Positions 14,011 through 23,736 of a DNA stretch of 59,390 bases are shown piece after piece (the stretch's first letter is position 1; every line of letters begins with the position of its first letter). The notes under the pieces are model-generated. The model ran no database searches, had not been told where the DNA came from, and saw nothing but the letters and a program-made list of their open reading frames with translations. This DNA is from a virus (Duplodnaviria > Caudoviricetes). The stretch is taken from positions 1 to 59,390 of the IMG/VR virus record IMGVR_UViG_3300036784_000179; one strand, 5' to 3'. The position numbers and the translations under genes are program-made.

Positions 14011-16662
14011 TCAGGGTGACACATGGTAGCTGCCATCAGGGGCCATGTAGACCGGCTTGCCGGTTGCTTTCTGGCGTCTTCCGGGAAGCACCCGCGAGCC
14101 TTCCGGTATCCCCGGCGGCGGCGGCAGCGGTGCCGTCGCATAGGGCATGCCGGATGGGCTTGCTCCCGACCGCTCAACGCTCGAGGGTGCCCCTTGGATG
14201 CGCGCAATATCGGCGTCCGTCATGCCCGAATCCCTAAGGGACTGGATCGTCGCCGGCGACAGGCCAGGCACCACCGGCGGCGCCGAAGAGCCGGGCAACC
14301 CAGGAGCCGCCAGCGGTCCGCCGGGCATTGGCGCGGCCTGTGCTCCGCCTGGCGTGCCAGGCAGAGGGCCAGGCGGCGGGGGCTGAGGTGCGGCGGCAGG
14401 CTGAGGTGCGCGAGCGGCGGGCTGGACCGGAACAATGTCGCCCTTAGCGTTGCGCTGCATCGGGATCCCGGCAGCGTCGGAGAATGTCGCGCCGCGCGGG
14501 ATCAAACGCAAGACTTGGTCGGTGGCACCGGTATCGGCGGCCCCCTGGTGCCCCTCCTTGGCAAAAACCGGGCTCATTATTTGCGCCGCTCGGTAATAAT
14601 TGATCTCGGGATTTTGCTCATTAAAAGCAGCCTGAAAATCAGTCAACGGATGATAGTCAAGAGTGCGCTGATTGCGGTAATCGCTCGCCGATTTGTTAAA
14701 GTAGGCGACCCCCTGCTTGGAATTGTCGAGGGCTCGCTGCGCTTGCATGTTTACGGTGTTCTCAAACATCTTGATCGCATCTTTTGAGGTCTCGAGTGAC
14801 GGCAAGTTACTGAGAAATTCATTAAACAGCCCCACCCCCTGACCGCTGCCCGCCATTTGCGCCGCCGCCTGTTGCAACAACGTCTTGATCAGAATGTCGT
14901 GATTGGGTGCCGTGGTGCCGGTCAGCGCTTGCGCCGCCTCGTCGCTCATCCCCAGCGCCCTGAGCCAGCCCGAGACTTGGCCGGCAAGCGGGCCGAGCTT
15001 ACCCGTCGTCACCCCACCGAGAAGACCGAGAACCGCCTGGGTATTAGCCTGCAGCCGCTGCGCGTCGCGCGCGGCGGCCTGCAAATCGTTGACGCTTTTC
15101 TGATCGCTGACGATCTGACCATTGATCGAGGTCTCGCCGCCGGGCGGCAGATAGCGCGTCCCCGTCAACCCCGGCGGCAACCCCGGACCAGCCGGCGGCG
15201 GCGTGATCACCGCCGGTCCTTCGGCGGGATGCTGCACGACCGGCATACCCGGAATGGCAGGTGCCATACCCGGCACCCCACCGGGAGCAACCACACCCGC
15301 TGCCGCACCCGCGGGTGGAGGGGTTCCACCCGCACCGGGCAAAACCGCTCCACCCGCGCCGGAAGCCCCACCGGTCGGCGCCGTCGGCGCGGCCGTCCCC
15401 GGTGCCGGCACGCCCGTCGGCGCCGTCGTCGCTCCAGCCGGGAAACCGGCACCCGGCGGCTGTTGCAGAAACGGGTACTTACGCTGCAGGTCGAGAACTT
15501 GGTCCTTGGGGACCTTTAACTCGGCCTGGCCATAAGGCGTGTTGACATAGACCTCCGTGAGCTCACCGGAGGCGCGCGCGTGCGCCTGCAGCAATTCGTT
15601 GTATTCGGCGCGCTTGGGATCGAGCAGACCACCTGGCTGCGGCAGCCATTGGCTGGTGCCGTCGGGCAACTGATAGAGCATCTTGCCTTCTTGCAAATTC
15701 CTCAGCTGCTCCATTTGCGCCGGGATAGGGCGGCGGGCGAAGGTACCGAATATCTCGGCGTCCCGCTGGACCTGCGCCGGATCGAGCAACGGCACGGACC
15801 CTTTGGGAATACCCAAGGTTTCCGAGTCCGAGGTCACCATCGAGGGCGATGGCCGCGCCAAGGCTTGCTCCGGGGTCATGCCCGCCGGCAGCCCGACGAT
15901 CGCCTGCCCGTTGCCAACCGCCTCGAGCTGACTTTTTTCATCGTCGCTGAGCGCGGTCGGGGTTGCCTGCGGCGCCGGCCCCGCCGCCGCGGCCAGGTGC
16001 ATCAGCCCTTCCTGCTGCGAGCCGGGCGGGGCGCCGGGAGCACCGGCGGCGACCTGCCACTGACCACCGCCGGGGCCCGCCCACTCGAAATGCATCGGGT
16101 CCTTGCGGCCCTGCCAGTTGCCACCCCAGATCATATTGTGGCCTGCGGCGATCTCGGAGATGTTGGCCGGGAGATTGGTCTTGACGTCGCCGTGCGTCAT
16201 CGGGTTGTCGTTCGAATTGACGTCGATCGCATTGCCGTAAGCATGCTCAGACAGATCGTGGCCGCCGCGGATGTCGCGCAGGTTGTAGCCGGAACTGTCA
16301 TCGGCATTGGGCTTGTAGCCGGTCGCTTCAAGGTCGTTGAGAAAACCCTGAAAGTCGTTCGCCGCCACCTTGTTGACTTGAAAGCCCACACCCGAGGGCG
16401 ACTTGACCGTCGTCAGATTGGCGTCCTGCCAGCCCGGCTGACGCGGGTCACCGCCAAATATCTCGGGGTGCGCCTTGGCGTAATTCGCCCGGACCCCGTT
16501 CTGCGGTGATGGGTATATGTCCGCCGGTGCTACACCGGCGGGCGGCGCTGCCCCGGCGGCTGCAGAGGGTGGGCGCAAGAGATCGGCTGGGATCTCCAGA
16601 TCGCCACTGCCGATTTGCGCGAGAACACTCTGCTCGTCATCGCTCAACGCTGCTTCAGGCAC
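14011..16662 (-). CDS. Ejection protein with N-terminal M15-family peptidoglycan peptidase
   Basis: GYN.R.......LSEHAYGNAIDVN...WGG.W...DPMHFE Zn-peptidase motifs; long Pro-rich and helical body. Confidence 0.85.
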   Translation of the reverse strand: MPEAALSDDEQSVLAQIGSGDLEIPADLLRPPSAAAGAAPPAGVAPADIYPSPQNGVRANYAKAHPEIFGGDPRQPGWQDANLTTVKSPSGVGFQVNKVAANDFQGFLNDLEATGYKPNADDSSGYNLRDIRGGHDLSEHAYGNAIDVNSNDNPMTHGDVKTNLPANISEIAAGHNMIWGGNWQGRKDPMHFEWAGPGGGQWQVAAGAPGAPPGSQQEGLMHLAAAAGPAPQATPTALSDDEKSQLEAVGNGQAIVGLPAGMTPEQALARPSPSMVTSDSETLGIPKGSVPLLDPAQVQRDAEIFGTFARRPIPAQMEQLRNLQEGKMLYQLPDGTSQWLPQPGGLLDPKRAEYNELLQAHARASGELTEVYVNTPYGQAELKVPKDQVLDLQRKYPFLQQPPGAGFPAGATTAPTGVPAPGTAAPTAPTGGASGAGGAVLPGAGGTPPPAGAAAGVVAPGGVPGMAPAIPGMPVVQHPAEGPAVITPPPAGPGLPPGLTGTRYLPPGGETSINGQIVSDQKSVNDLQAAARDAQRLQANTQAVLGLLGGVTTGKLGPLAGQVSGWLRALGMSDEAAQALTGTTAPNHDILIKTLLQQAAAQMAGSGQGVGLFNEFLSNLPSLETSKDAIKMFENTVNMQAQRALDNSKQGVAYFNKSASDYRNQRTLDYHPLTDFQAAFNEQNPEINYYRAAQIMSPVFAKEGHQGAADTGATDQVLRLIPRGATFSDAAGIPMQRNAKGDIVPVQPAARAPQPAAAPQPPPPGPLPGTPGGAQAAPMPGGPLAAPGLPGSSAPPVVPGLSPATIQSLRDSGMTDADIARIQGAPSSVERSGASPSGMPYATAPLPPPPGIPEGSRVLPGRRQKATGKPVYMAPDGSYHVSP

Positions 16663-16674
16663 GATTGGCCTCGC

Positions 16675-17445
16675 TCAGGTCGCGGTTGCCGGTGCATTTG
16701 ACATCGTAACACCCGGCACCGCGACCGGCGCAGCCAATGGCGCCGCCATCGGCGGCACACCACCCGCCGCCGGCGCAGTCGGGATGCGCCTCGATCGCCG
16801 GGCGATCATTTGTTGTTGGACAATCGGCAATTTGCTTATAGCAGCCATCCGGTCCGGACCGGGCGGCAATGCCAGCGCCGCGCTCACTTCGGGGGGCACT
16901 GGCTCGGGTGCTGGCGGCGCCGCCGTCGTTCCCACCCCACGCGCCGATCCGGGGATGCCTGCGCGGGAGGCACCAGCGCCGGGAACGCCAGCACCGGGGC
17001 CGCCAGCAGCGCGCAACCGCTCAAGGCCATACTGAGAAAAGGCGCTTTCGGCCTCCTCCCCCGGTATTTTGGCGCTCACCAGCCCGGCATTGGCGAGCTG
17101 CGCCTTGGTTTGCGCGACCTGCAGCGGGCTCTGGTTGCCGACCATAAATTTGGCGTAGGCCGGGGCCGCCGGGTCATTGGCGATGGCAGTAAACGGGTCC
17201 TCGCTGCTGTAGGCCTTGAGCAACGCCGGCAACGCCGCGCTGTGCGCGTCGGCGATCCGCTGAGCGGCGGCGCGCGCCTGGTCCTGGTAGAACCCGCCGC
17301 TGATCTGCCCCAACGCCTGGCCGACCGGCCCCGAGCTATAGGCGAGCTTCGAGGGGTCGCTAGCCAATGTGGCGGCGATCCCGCCCGAGACTTCGTCGGG
17401 TGCCGCCGGCGAGCCGCCCTGCAACATATCAAGCAGACTGGGCAT
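16675..17445 (-). CDS. Internal virion/ejection protein
   Basis: Ala/Gln/Pro-rich; GGGAGGG RBS; synteny. Confidence 0.6.
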   Translation of the reverse strand: MPSLLDMLQGGSPAAPDEVSGGIAATLASDPSKLAYSSGPVGQALGQISGGFYQDQARAAAQRIADAHSAALPALLKAYSSEDPFTAIANDPAAPAYAKFMVGNQSPLQVAQTKAQLANAGLVSAKIPGEEAESAFSQYGLERLRAAGGPGAGVPGAGASRAGIPGSARGVGTTAAPPAPEPVPPEVSAALALPPGPDRMAAISKLPIVQQQMIARRSRRIPTAPAAGGVPPMAAPLAAPVAVPGVTMSNAPATAT

Positions 17446-17461
17446 CTATTTCCCTCCCGTG

Positions 17462-18868
17462 CTAAGCCGGTGCCGCCAGCAACATCGTGCTCAACGCATC
17501 CAGGGCCGGCGGAATTGCGGATGGGGTGCCGGCGCCTGCGGCGCCGGCACCGCCGAGCAGACCAAACAATCCACGGCTGCCACCAAGCAGGGTGCTGAGG
17601 TTCTGCCCGGTCAATAGTTGCGAGCCCGTATTCGCGCCGCCGATCAGGTTGCTGAGCTGGGCCTGGCCGGCGTTAAAGCCGAACAGGTTTTGCCCGGTCG
17701 CGGCCCTTTGGGCATCGCTGAGATTGGTTGGCTGGGTGGCGATGTTGCCGGTGGCTCCAAAGGTCGGGATCGACAACGGCCAGGTCGGCGCCAAATTGCT
17801 CGTTCCGGCAGCCGCGCCGACCCCGCTGGTGCCGGTGCCAAAGAGCCCCTGGCCGATCCCGAGCTGGGCGTTCGCGGCGGTGAACGGCGCGCCGAACATC
17901 GCCTGGGAGCGCTGCAGGTTGGCCTGCTCGGCGTTGATGTTCTGACCGGCCGCCCCGGTCACCGCCTGGTTGTAGAGGTCGGCCAAGTTGAACCCCTGGC
18001 CAAACATTTGCCCCTGCGCCTGATTGGTGAACTGGCCTTGCGCGACGTTCTGGCCGAACCGCTGCTGCTGCGCTTGGTTAGCGAATTGGCCGGCGCCCAG
18101 CGATTGGCCGAACAGCGATTGCTCCTGCGCATTACCGGCCGCCACCGCGCTGTTCTGCGCCGACTGGTAGGCTTGCTGCTGCTGGCGGTCAAAATCGCCG
18201 GTCGCCCGATCATAAGCCTCGGTGCCGGGCTGCAACCCCTGATCAGCCAGCGCCTGAACGAGCTGCTGGCGGCCCTGCTTGAACTGGGGGTCCAAGTATT
18301 GCGTCTGCTGGTTGTAGGCGGCGTCCTGCGCCTGCTTGATGAGGGTCGGAAAATCGGAGCTGACGCCGGTCTGGATCGGGCCGCCGCCGGCGACGCTGGT
18401 CTGCACCCCCGGCAAAGCCTGCCCGCCGGCCCCGCCGCTGACATCGGTGCGAAACGAGCCCGGCGTCAGATAGCCCGCCGGCTGGACATTCGAGAGGTCG
18501 AGCCCGGTCGGCAGGTTGCCCGACTGAGTATAAGCCGCATTGAGCGGCCCGCGCGCCAACGCGGTCAGGTCGAGCCCTTGCGGCAACAATGTGTTGGCGC
18601 CGCCCGAAGCCAGATTGCGCACCAGGGATTGCTGCCGGTTGTAGAGATCTTGCAGCTCGGGGCTGAGCTGTTGGTTTAATGAATAGCGTTGCTGCCCGGT
18701 GGTCGGGTCGGTGTAGGGCGTAAAGGCGCTGGTACCCCAGGGCGAGGTCGCGTTGACATTGCTCAGCGCCGCGGTGTTTTGCGCGGTCGCGATGTTCGAC
18801 TGCGTTTGCGCATTGGCCAATGCGGTCGGGTCGACCGGCTGGGTCGCCTGGCTGCTCCCCTTCGACAT
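17462..18868 (-). CDS. DNA pilot/ejection protein
   Basis: MSKGS...DP...A.AQT..N..TA....N..PWG start; Gln-rich; L..QGL.PG.EAY.RA motif; follows the GNAT gene. Confidence 0.75.
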   Translation of the reverse strand: MSKGSSQATQPVDPTALANAQTQSNIATAQNTAALSNVNATSPWGTSAFTPYTDPTTGQQRYSLNQQLSPELQDLYNRQQSLVRNLASGGANTLLPQGLDLTALARGPLNAAYTQSGNLPTGLDLSNVQPAGYLTPGSFRTDVSGGAGGQALPGVQTSVAGGGPIQTGVSSDFPTLIKQAQDAAYNQQTQYLDPQFKQGRQQLVQALADQGLQPGTEAYDRATGDFDRQQQQAYQSAQNSAVAAGNAQEQSLFGQSLGAGQFANQAQQQRFGQNVAQGQFTNQAQGQMFGQGFNLADLYNQAVTGAAGQNINAEQANLQRSQAMFGAPFTAANAQLGIGQGLFGTGTSGVGAAAGTSNLAPTWPLSIPTFGATGNIATQPTNLSDAQRAATGQNLFGFNAGQAQLSNLIGGANTGSQLLTGQNLSTLLGGSRGLFGLLGGAGAAGAGTPSAIPPALDALSTMLLAAPA

Positions 18869-18878
18869 TCCCCGATCC

Positions 18879-19298
18879 TTACCAACGGCACTCCTCGGGC
18901 GTCATGCCAAAGATCACGGCATCGCGACGGCCGGGAAGGGCGGATTTCAGGAGGCCCTCTTGGCGAAAGCCAAGGCGCTTGAGAAAACCTCGAACGTCGT
19001 GGTTTTCGGCCGCGGTGACAGCGCCTAGCCGCGTGCAGCCGAGCTGCCTAAACGGGTAAGCAAAGATCGCCGCCAGATTGCGGCGCGAGCACCAGCTGGG
19101 CTCGGTCGAGGCGATTGAGGCCTCGATCGAGGGCCAGCGGCAATTGTTGTAGACCACCCCAGCGACGAGCTCGTCGCCGCGGGCGATGCCGATCGCCCGG
19201 CACGGCCCCCAGGTCTCGACATGCGGGGTGCGCTCGAGCACCCATTCGGCGACTGCGGCATCCCGGCCGACGACGACCTGCGTCGGCCGGTCGCGCAT
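18879..19298 (-). CDS. GNAT-fold virion assembly protein (P22 gp14/T7 gp13-like position)
   Basis: AGVVYN...IFAYPF.QLG..R......N......KRLGFRQEG.L. Confidence 0.85.
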   Translation of the reverse strand: MRDRPTQVVVGRDAAVAEWVLERTPHVETWGPCRAIGIARGDELVAGVVYNNCRWPSIEASIASTEPSWCSRRNLAAIFAYPFRQLGCTRLGAVTAAENHDVRGFLKRLGFRQEGLLKSALPGRRDAVIFGMTPEECRW

Positions 19299-19311
19299 TT
19301 GGCTCGGCGCG

Positions 19312-20928
19312 CTAGAGCCCTATTCCCGGCTCGATGCGAAAATCGGTGCGCGTCCAGATCCACGGTGCGATGTTTGAGGTGACCGTGTGCATGGCGACGG
19401 AGATCGCCGAGCCGTCACCCTCGGCGACGTACCACAAAACTTCGGTCGAGGTCGGGCGCTGCCACGGCGTGCCCCAGGGGGTCGTGTTCCACGGTGTGCG
19501 CACACCGTATTGCTCGACCGGGCTCGGTGTCTCGGGCTCGGCATAGTCAAAGCCGACACCAAATTCGTAATAGACCGCCGAGGCCGTGCGAACGACCGGG
19601 CGGATCGCCGCCACCCGCTTGTTGTGCGCGGTCCCCATCAGGCTCCACGCCTGCAGGGCAAAGGCGTCGATCGGTCGTTGCTCGGCATTGGGCTGCTCAT
19701 CGGCGGCGGCCACCCCAAACCGGTTGACCGTGCCATTCTCGGTGCCAAAAAAGATCTCGTCGTCGTCGACCACCCAGCAATACGCGTTCAACCCGCGATA
19801 GCGGGTCCAGGCGTCAATCCCGGTCAAGTAGATGTGTTGCTCGAAATTGCTGTAACCAGCGCCGGGATCGGGAGCGACCAACGGCACATTGACAATCAGC
19901 CGGCGCCCGCCGCCCCAATAGATCATTTGCCAACCGAGCAAGCTCTTGCCCTGCGCGGTCGCCGCCATGCATGCCCCGGAGGCCTTGGAGCGCGGCGGGA
20001 AAACACCCTCGCCGAGCGCTTTGATCAATTGCGAGAGTTTGACGTAATCGGTCGAGCTGATCATGTAGAGATCGCCGCCATAGCGGCACAACGCGCGCGG
20101 CAGAACGGCGCCGCCAAAGGCTGGCTGGGCCACCGTGTAGCTGCCCTGCAGGTTCCAGCCGGTCGCCGATCCCGAGGGGGGGATGTCGGGGTTGGTGCCG
20201 ACGTAGATCAGGATCTCGGCGCTCGACAGAAAAAACACCGTGTAGCTGGCGATCCCGGTGCCACCGTCATAGGTCAGCGCGCTGACCGAGATCAGATTGG
20301 CCCCGTCCGAGGTCACCATGTCAAACGGGAACCAGTGCAGGATCGCGCCCTGAAACGCGTAGGGCACGGACGAATACCAAAACCCCGGCGAATGCCCGTC
20401 CCACATAAACAACAGGTTATGCACGACCGCCAGCCCGATCATCGTCGCGCTGTTAAAGGGCGGGTAGATCGCGCTGCCGGCCGGCGGGCTCGGATCGACA
20501 GTGATGTTGAGCGCGGCCAGGCTCGCCCCGTCAAAGACCTGCAGCGGGTCGCGGCCATTGGCGAGCAACAATCGGCCGTTGAACATGACCGTGTTCCACC
20601 ACCCCGAGGCAAACCCGGCACCAAGATTGGTGGTCTCGCCAACCACCCACAGGTTGCCGCCGGCGCCCGCGATCATCTTCGACTGATCGCCTTTGCGCCA
20701 TACCGCAAGCGTGGTGACCGGGTTGCCGCCACCATGCTGATCAAAGATCTGGCTGCCCTCACGCGGGATGATACCTGCGTAATCGGGCTGAAAATTGTCG
20801 AGGGTGACCGCTTCTTGCGGGTCCATCGCCTCGTAGGGGTCGCGGGTGTTCCAGCCCTTGTAGGGTGCGGCCAATGGGAATGGCTCGGCGATCAGCGGGG
20901 CGGCCTGGCGCTGGCGGGGGACCGGCAT
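19312..20928 (-). CDS. Tail nozzle/packaged DNA stabilisation protein (P22 gp10/tail tubular B-like)
   Basis: AP.KGWNTRD...M....A..LDN.P N-terminus, beta-propeller-like composition, PW...PW C-terminus; follows adaptor. Confidence 0.8.
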   Translation of the reverse strand: MPVPRQRQAAPLIAEPFPLAAPYKGWNTRDPYEAMDPQEAVTLDNFQPDYAGIIPREGSQIFDQHGGGNPVTTLAVWRKGDQSKMIAGAGGNLWVVGETTNLGAGFASGWWNTVMFNGRLLLANGRDPLQVFDGASLAALNITVDPSPPAGSAIYPPFNSATMIGLAVVHNLLFMWDGHSPGFWYSSVPYAFQGAILHWFPFDMVTSDGANLISVSALTYDGGTGIASYTVFFLSSAEILIYVGTNPDIPPSGSATGWNLQGSYTVAQPAFGGAVLPRALCRYGGDLYMISSTDYVKLSQLIKALGEGVFPPRSKASGACMAATAQGKSLLGWQMIYWGGGRRLIVNVPLVAPDPGAGYSNFEQHIYLTGIDAWTRYRGLNAYCWVVDDDEIFFGTENGTVNRFGVAAADEQPNAEQRPIDAFALQAWSLMGTAHNKRVAAIRPVVRTASAVYYEFGVGFDYAEPETPSPVEQYGVRTPWNTTPWGTPWQRPTSTEVLWYVAEGDGSAISVAMHTVTSNIAPWIWTRTDFRIEPGIGL

Positions 20929-20929
20929 C

Positions 20930-21961
20930 TCAGGTCCCCGGCGGCAATTGCGGCTCGCGCGGCCGCGGCCGTAACGGACCCTCCTCGGGTACCGCCCCGC
21001 CACCCAAGGTCAGCCACTCCTGATGACGCAGGGCCGGGGTCTCGGGTGGTCGGGCATTCGCCGGGGTGGCCGGCGGTGATGGATGAGCCGTACCTGGTGC
21101 GGGCGGCAATGGCGGGCGCGGCGCCAGCAATGGCGGCAGGCCGAGATCAGGCGGCGGCTGCCAGTCCGGGCGCTCCATTGGTGCCACGATGCGGGCGATA
21201 TCCATCGGCAACGCCGGCGCCGGCGGCACCGGCGGAAACGCACCCAAACTGTATTGGCCGATAAAATCCTCGCGGTAGAATGGCACCAATTGCAGGGTCA
21301 TCATGCCGCCGACGCGGGCCACCGTCTTGTCGACCTCGCGGTCGTACTCGTCCTTTTCCTCGTCATAAGCGAGCCCGAGCCGGCGCAGCATCCGCCAGCG
21401 GGTGCCGAGCTCGACCAAGGTCTCGCCGATCAAGGTGGTGTCGTTGTCGTTGGTCCAGTCGGTTCCGGTGGTGCCGTCGGGATGCTGCACGGCATGTTGC
21501 GATTGGTACTCAAAGACAAACTGCGAGGTTTGATCGGTCGCCGCGACCAGCGGGTCGATCGAGAACATCGTCGGCGCGCCGACTTGGGCACCCGACGGCA
21601 CACGAATCCGCCAGCGCCGCCAGATCGTCGCCCGGCCATAGATCGAGCTGCGGTAGCGTTGCCATTGCTGCGGGCTGAGCGAGCCGCGCATCGCCCAATA
21701 GCGCGAGCGCTCCCACACCGTGTCGTCGATGATCTTGAGAAAATCGGGCGGCAGCGGGTAGTCCGAGGCGCCATTGGCGGTGAACTCGTATTCGATCACC
21801 AATTGCGCCCAGGCGGCCCTGCGGACCAACGCCCACAGGGCTCGGCGGGTCTGCTGGATCAGCCGTTTGGCCGAGGGCGAGCGCGAGCCGATGATCGGCG
21901 GCACCGGCTCGTCGATCCCGATATCCTGGGCCACATTGGTGCAGATTGTGGCAAGCGTCAT
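20930..21961 (-). CDS. Head-tail adaptor with Pro-rich C-terminal extension
   Basis: MTL.TI....A...G...YPLP.DF..I...T.W.R...W.M.G.LSPQQWQ...WR..R.LGL.Y. Confidence 0.8.
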   Translation of the reverse strand: MTLATICTNVAQDIGIDEPVPPIIGSRSPSAKRLIQQTRRALWALVRRAAWAQLVIEYEFTANGASDYPLPPDFLKIIDDTVWERSRYWAMRGSLSPQQWQRYRSSIYGRATIWRRWRIRVPSGAQVGAPTMFSIDPLVAATDQTSQFVFEYQSQHAVQHPDGTTGTDWTNDNDTTLIGETLVELGTRWRMLRRLGLAYDEEKDEYDREVDKTVARVGGMMTLQLVPFYREDFIGQYSLGAFPPVPPAPALPMDIARIVAPMERPDWQPPPDLGLPPLLAPRPPLPPAPGTAHPSPPATPANARPPETPALRHQEWLTLGGGAVPEEGPLRPRPREPQLPPGT

Positions 21962-21992
21962 GGCGGCCCTCCTCGGCGGTATCGCGCGCGCC

Positions 21993-22232
21993 TCACCCGC
22001 GGCCCTGGCGCTCGTCGATGCGCCGGCTGATCTCCTTGGCGAGCCCCCGGGCTGGCCGCCGCGACGGCGGTTTTGATTGTCCGGTCTGGCTCAGCGCGAT
22101 GGCGACAGCCTGCTTGGGGTTGGTCACCGGCGCGCCCGACGAGCTCTCGAGGTCACCCTCTTTAAACTCGCCCATGGTTTTGGCGACCTTGCGCTCTTTG
22201 CCGGCCTTGGTCTTGGGAATGGCCTTCGCCAT
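21993..22232 (-). CDS. DUF6496-like small basic protein
   Basis: KV.K.M.EFK.G.L.S.SG..VTNPKQAVAIALS. Confidence 0.8.
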   Translation of the reverse strand: MAKAIPKTKAGKERKVAKTMGEFKEGDLESSSGAPVTNPKQAVAIALSQTGQSKPPSRRPARGLAKEISRRIDERQGRG

Positions 22233-22235
22233 CGC

Positions 22236-22508
22236 TCACTCACGCGCGGCGAGGCCGCCCCCCTGCGTTGCCTCGGGAGGCCGCGGCTCGGCGGTCTCGG
22301 GCATTGCCTCCGGCTTGACACCCCAGAGCGCGCGATAGGCCGCATAGGCCGCCGGGTAGCGCACGGCATCCTCGGCATTGGCGAGCTCGACCGCTTCGCG
22401 GCGGCCACCATCGACCTCCCAGCTGTCCTCACAGGTGGCGATCCCGATCAGCAGTTGGCGAGTGCCGCCGCGTCCCTCGCGGTTCTCAAAAAAACGCACG
22501 GTTTGCAT
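22236..22508 (-). CDS. Hypothetical protein
   Basis: GGAGGA RBS; R.A..ED..RYP.AYAAY resembles the N-terminal half of 34028-34801. Confidence 0.65.
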   Translation of the reverse strand: MQTVRFFENREGRGGTRQLLIGIATCEDSWEVDGGRREAVELANAEDAVRYPAAYAAYRALWGVKPEAMPETAEPRPPEATQGGGLAARE

Positions 22509-22654
22509 GTCGTCCTCCTCTCGCTAGAAATTTCGATGGTGCGGCCCGCGCGGAGCGCCGCTGATGCACTAAACGGGAAATCACCCGGCAAACACCCGCC
22601 GAGAGTTCACGCTCACCAGCGGGCTTCCTAGAGGCTTTTCCGGGTAGAAATCGA

Positions 22655-22978
22655 TTAGGTGATTTCGCGAGCCTCGCGGATCGCCAACCCAAACTCGACG
22701 ATCGCCTCGTCGGCCACCCCAAACGGGTATTGCTCGAGCCGTGCGCACAGCGTGTGCCACTGCTCCTCGGTCAGGATCACGCTCTCGGCCTTATCTTCGA
22801 CCGCTTGGGCGATCGGCCGCATCGCCTCGACCGAGCGAAATACCAGCTCGAGGCTGAGCCCGCCCGGCGGCGCGCGGGTCAAGACCTGCTGCAGCACGTC
22901 GCTCCACGTAAAAGGTTCCGGCCGGGAGCCGTTGATCGGCCTCAAGACACCGCTGCGCAATTCGATCTTGCGTGCCAT
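22655..22978 (-). CDS. Hypothetical protein (possible assembly chaperone)
   Basis: 107-aa ORF tightly packed in the late operon. Confidence 0.6.
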   Translation of the reverse strand: MARKIELRSGVLRPINGSRPEPFTWSDVLQQVLTRAPPGGLSLELVFRSVEAMRPIAQAVEDKAESVILTEEQWHTLCARLEQYPFGVADEAIVEFGLAIREAREIT

Positions 22979-22983
22979 GAGCG

Positions 22984-23295
22984 CTACCCTTTGAGCGAGC
23001 GTGCGTCGAAATGCTCAACCGTCACGGTCTGATCATAGGCAAAGACCCCACGGCGCCGCCCGCGCGAATCGTAGTGCTCCATCAGCAGCTCTTTGACGCG
23101 GCCAAATAATTCGTCAAAAGCCTTTCCGGCGGCCTCGCGCCGCTCATGTTCCTCGCGCAAGGCATTGATGATCAGGTTGGCCGCCGCACCGACGACGTGC
23201 GCGCGCCCAAACCCGGTCGCCGCGCGCGACAGCGCGTCAAACAAGACGCGCTCGCGATCGCCGACGAGCCGCCGGTCGAGCAGCGGATCACTCAT
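22984..23295 (-). CDS. Hypothetical protein
   Basis: ATGA overlap with the upstream stop. Confidence 0.65.
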   Translation of the reverse strand: MSDPLLDRRLVGDRERVLFDALSRAATGFGRAHVVGAAANLIINALREEHERREAAGKAFDELFGRVKELLMEHYDSRGRRRGVFAYDQTVTVEHFDARSLKG

Positions 23296-23705
23296 AGATT
23301 GAAGATCCCGGCGGCGTTCCAGGTAATGGTTATGTTGCCGCCGTTCGGGGTCACCGAGGTAAACCCGCTATCCTCATACAACACCAGCCGCCAGGTGGTA
23401 TTGGCTCCGGAATTGTGCCGGTAGAGGATCAACGAGACGATCGCCGGGCCGGTGGCCACCGCGGTGTAGGTCAGCCCCCCGGTGCTGCCAAAGATGCCAT
23501 TGGCGATGCTCGGCGGGGTGATCCGCGCGTCGACCCCGGCCTGACCGGTGACCGAGGAATAAAACTGATGCGCCGCCGAATAGGTATAGCCCGCGGTCCC
23601 CAGCGCGCAAAACACCCCGTCCAGGGCCGTATCGGTGTCAAGATTGACGTTGGTGTCCGCGTGGAGCAGCGCTTGCTTGTAAAGCGGGTAGATTGCATTC
23701 GCCAT
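23292..23705 (-). CDS. Virion structural protein (MANAIY family)
   Basis: MANAIYP.YK..LL...Y.YSAAHQF...VTPNGGNITITWNA.GIF.L; GAGGAG RBS; the longer 484-aa track ORF is a shadow extension. Confidence 0.8.
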   Translation of the reverse strand: MANAIYPLYKQALLHADTNVNLDTDTALDGVFCALGTAGYTYSAAHQFYSSVTGQAGVDARITPPSIANGIFGSTGGLTYTAVATGPAIVSLILYRHNSGANTTWRLVLYEDSGFTSVTPNGGNITITWNAAGIFNL

Positions 23706-23736
23706 TTTGGGGAAACTCCTCTCTTCCCATTGTCCG

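Noticed and set aside
19387-21264. Long plus-strand ORFs opposite core genes (also 48462-50228, 38399-39643, 17618-18679, 12731-13933)
   Set aside because: Antisense shadows expected in high-GC coding DNA; Arg/Pro-rich with no motifs
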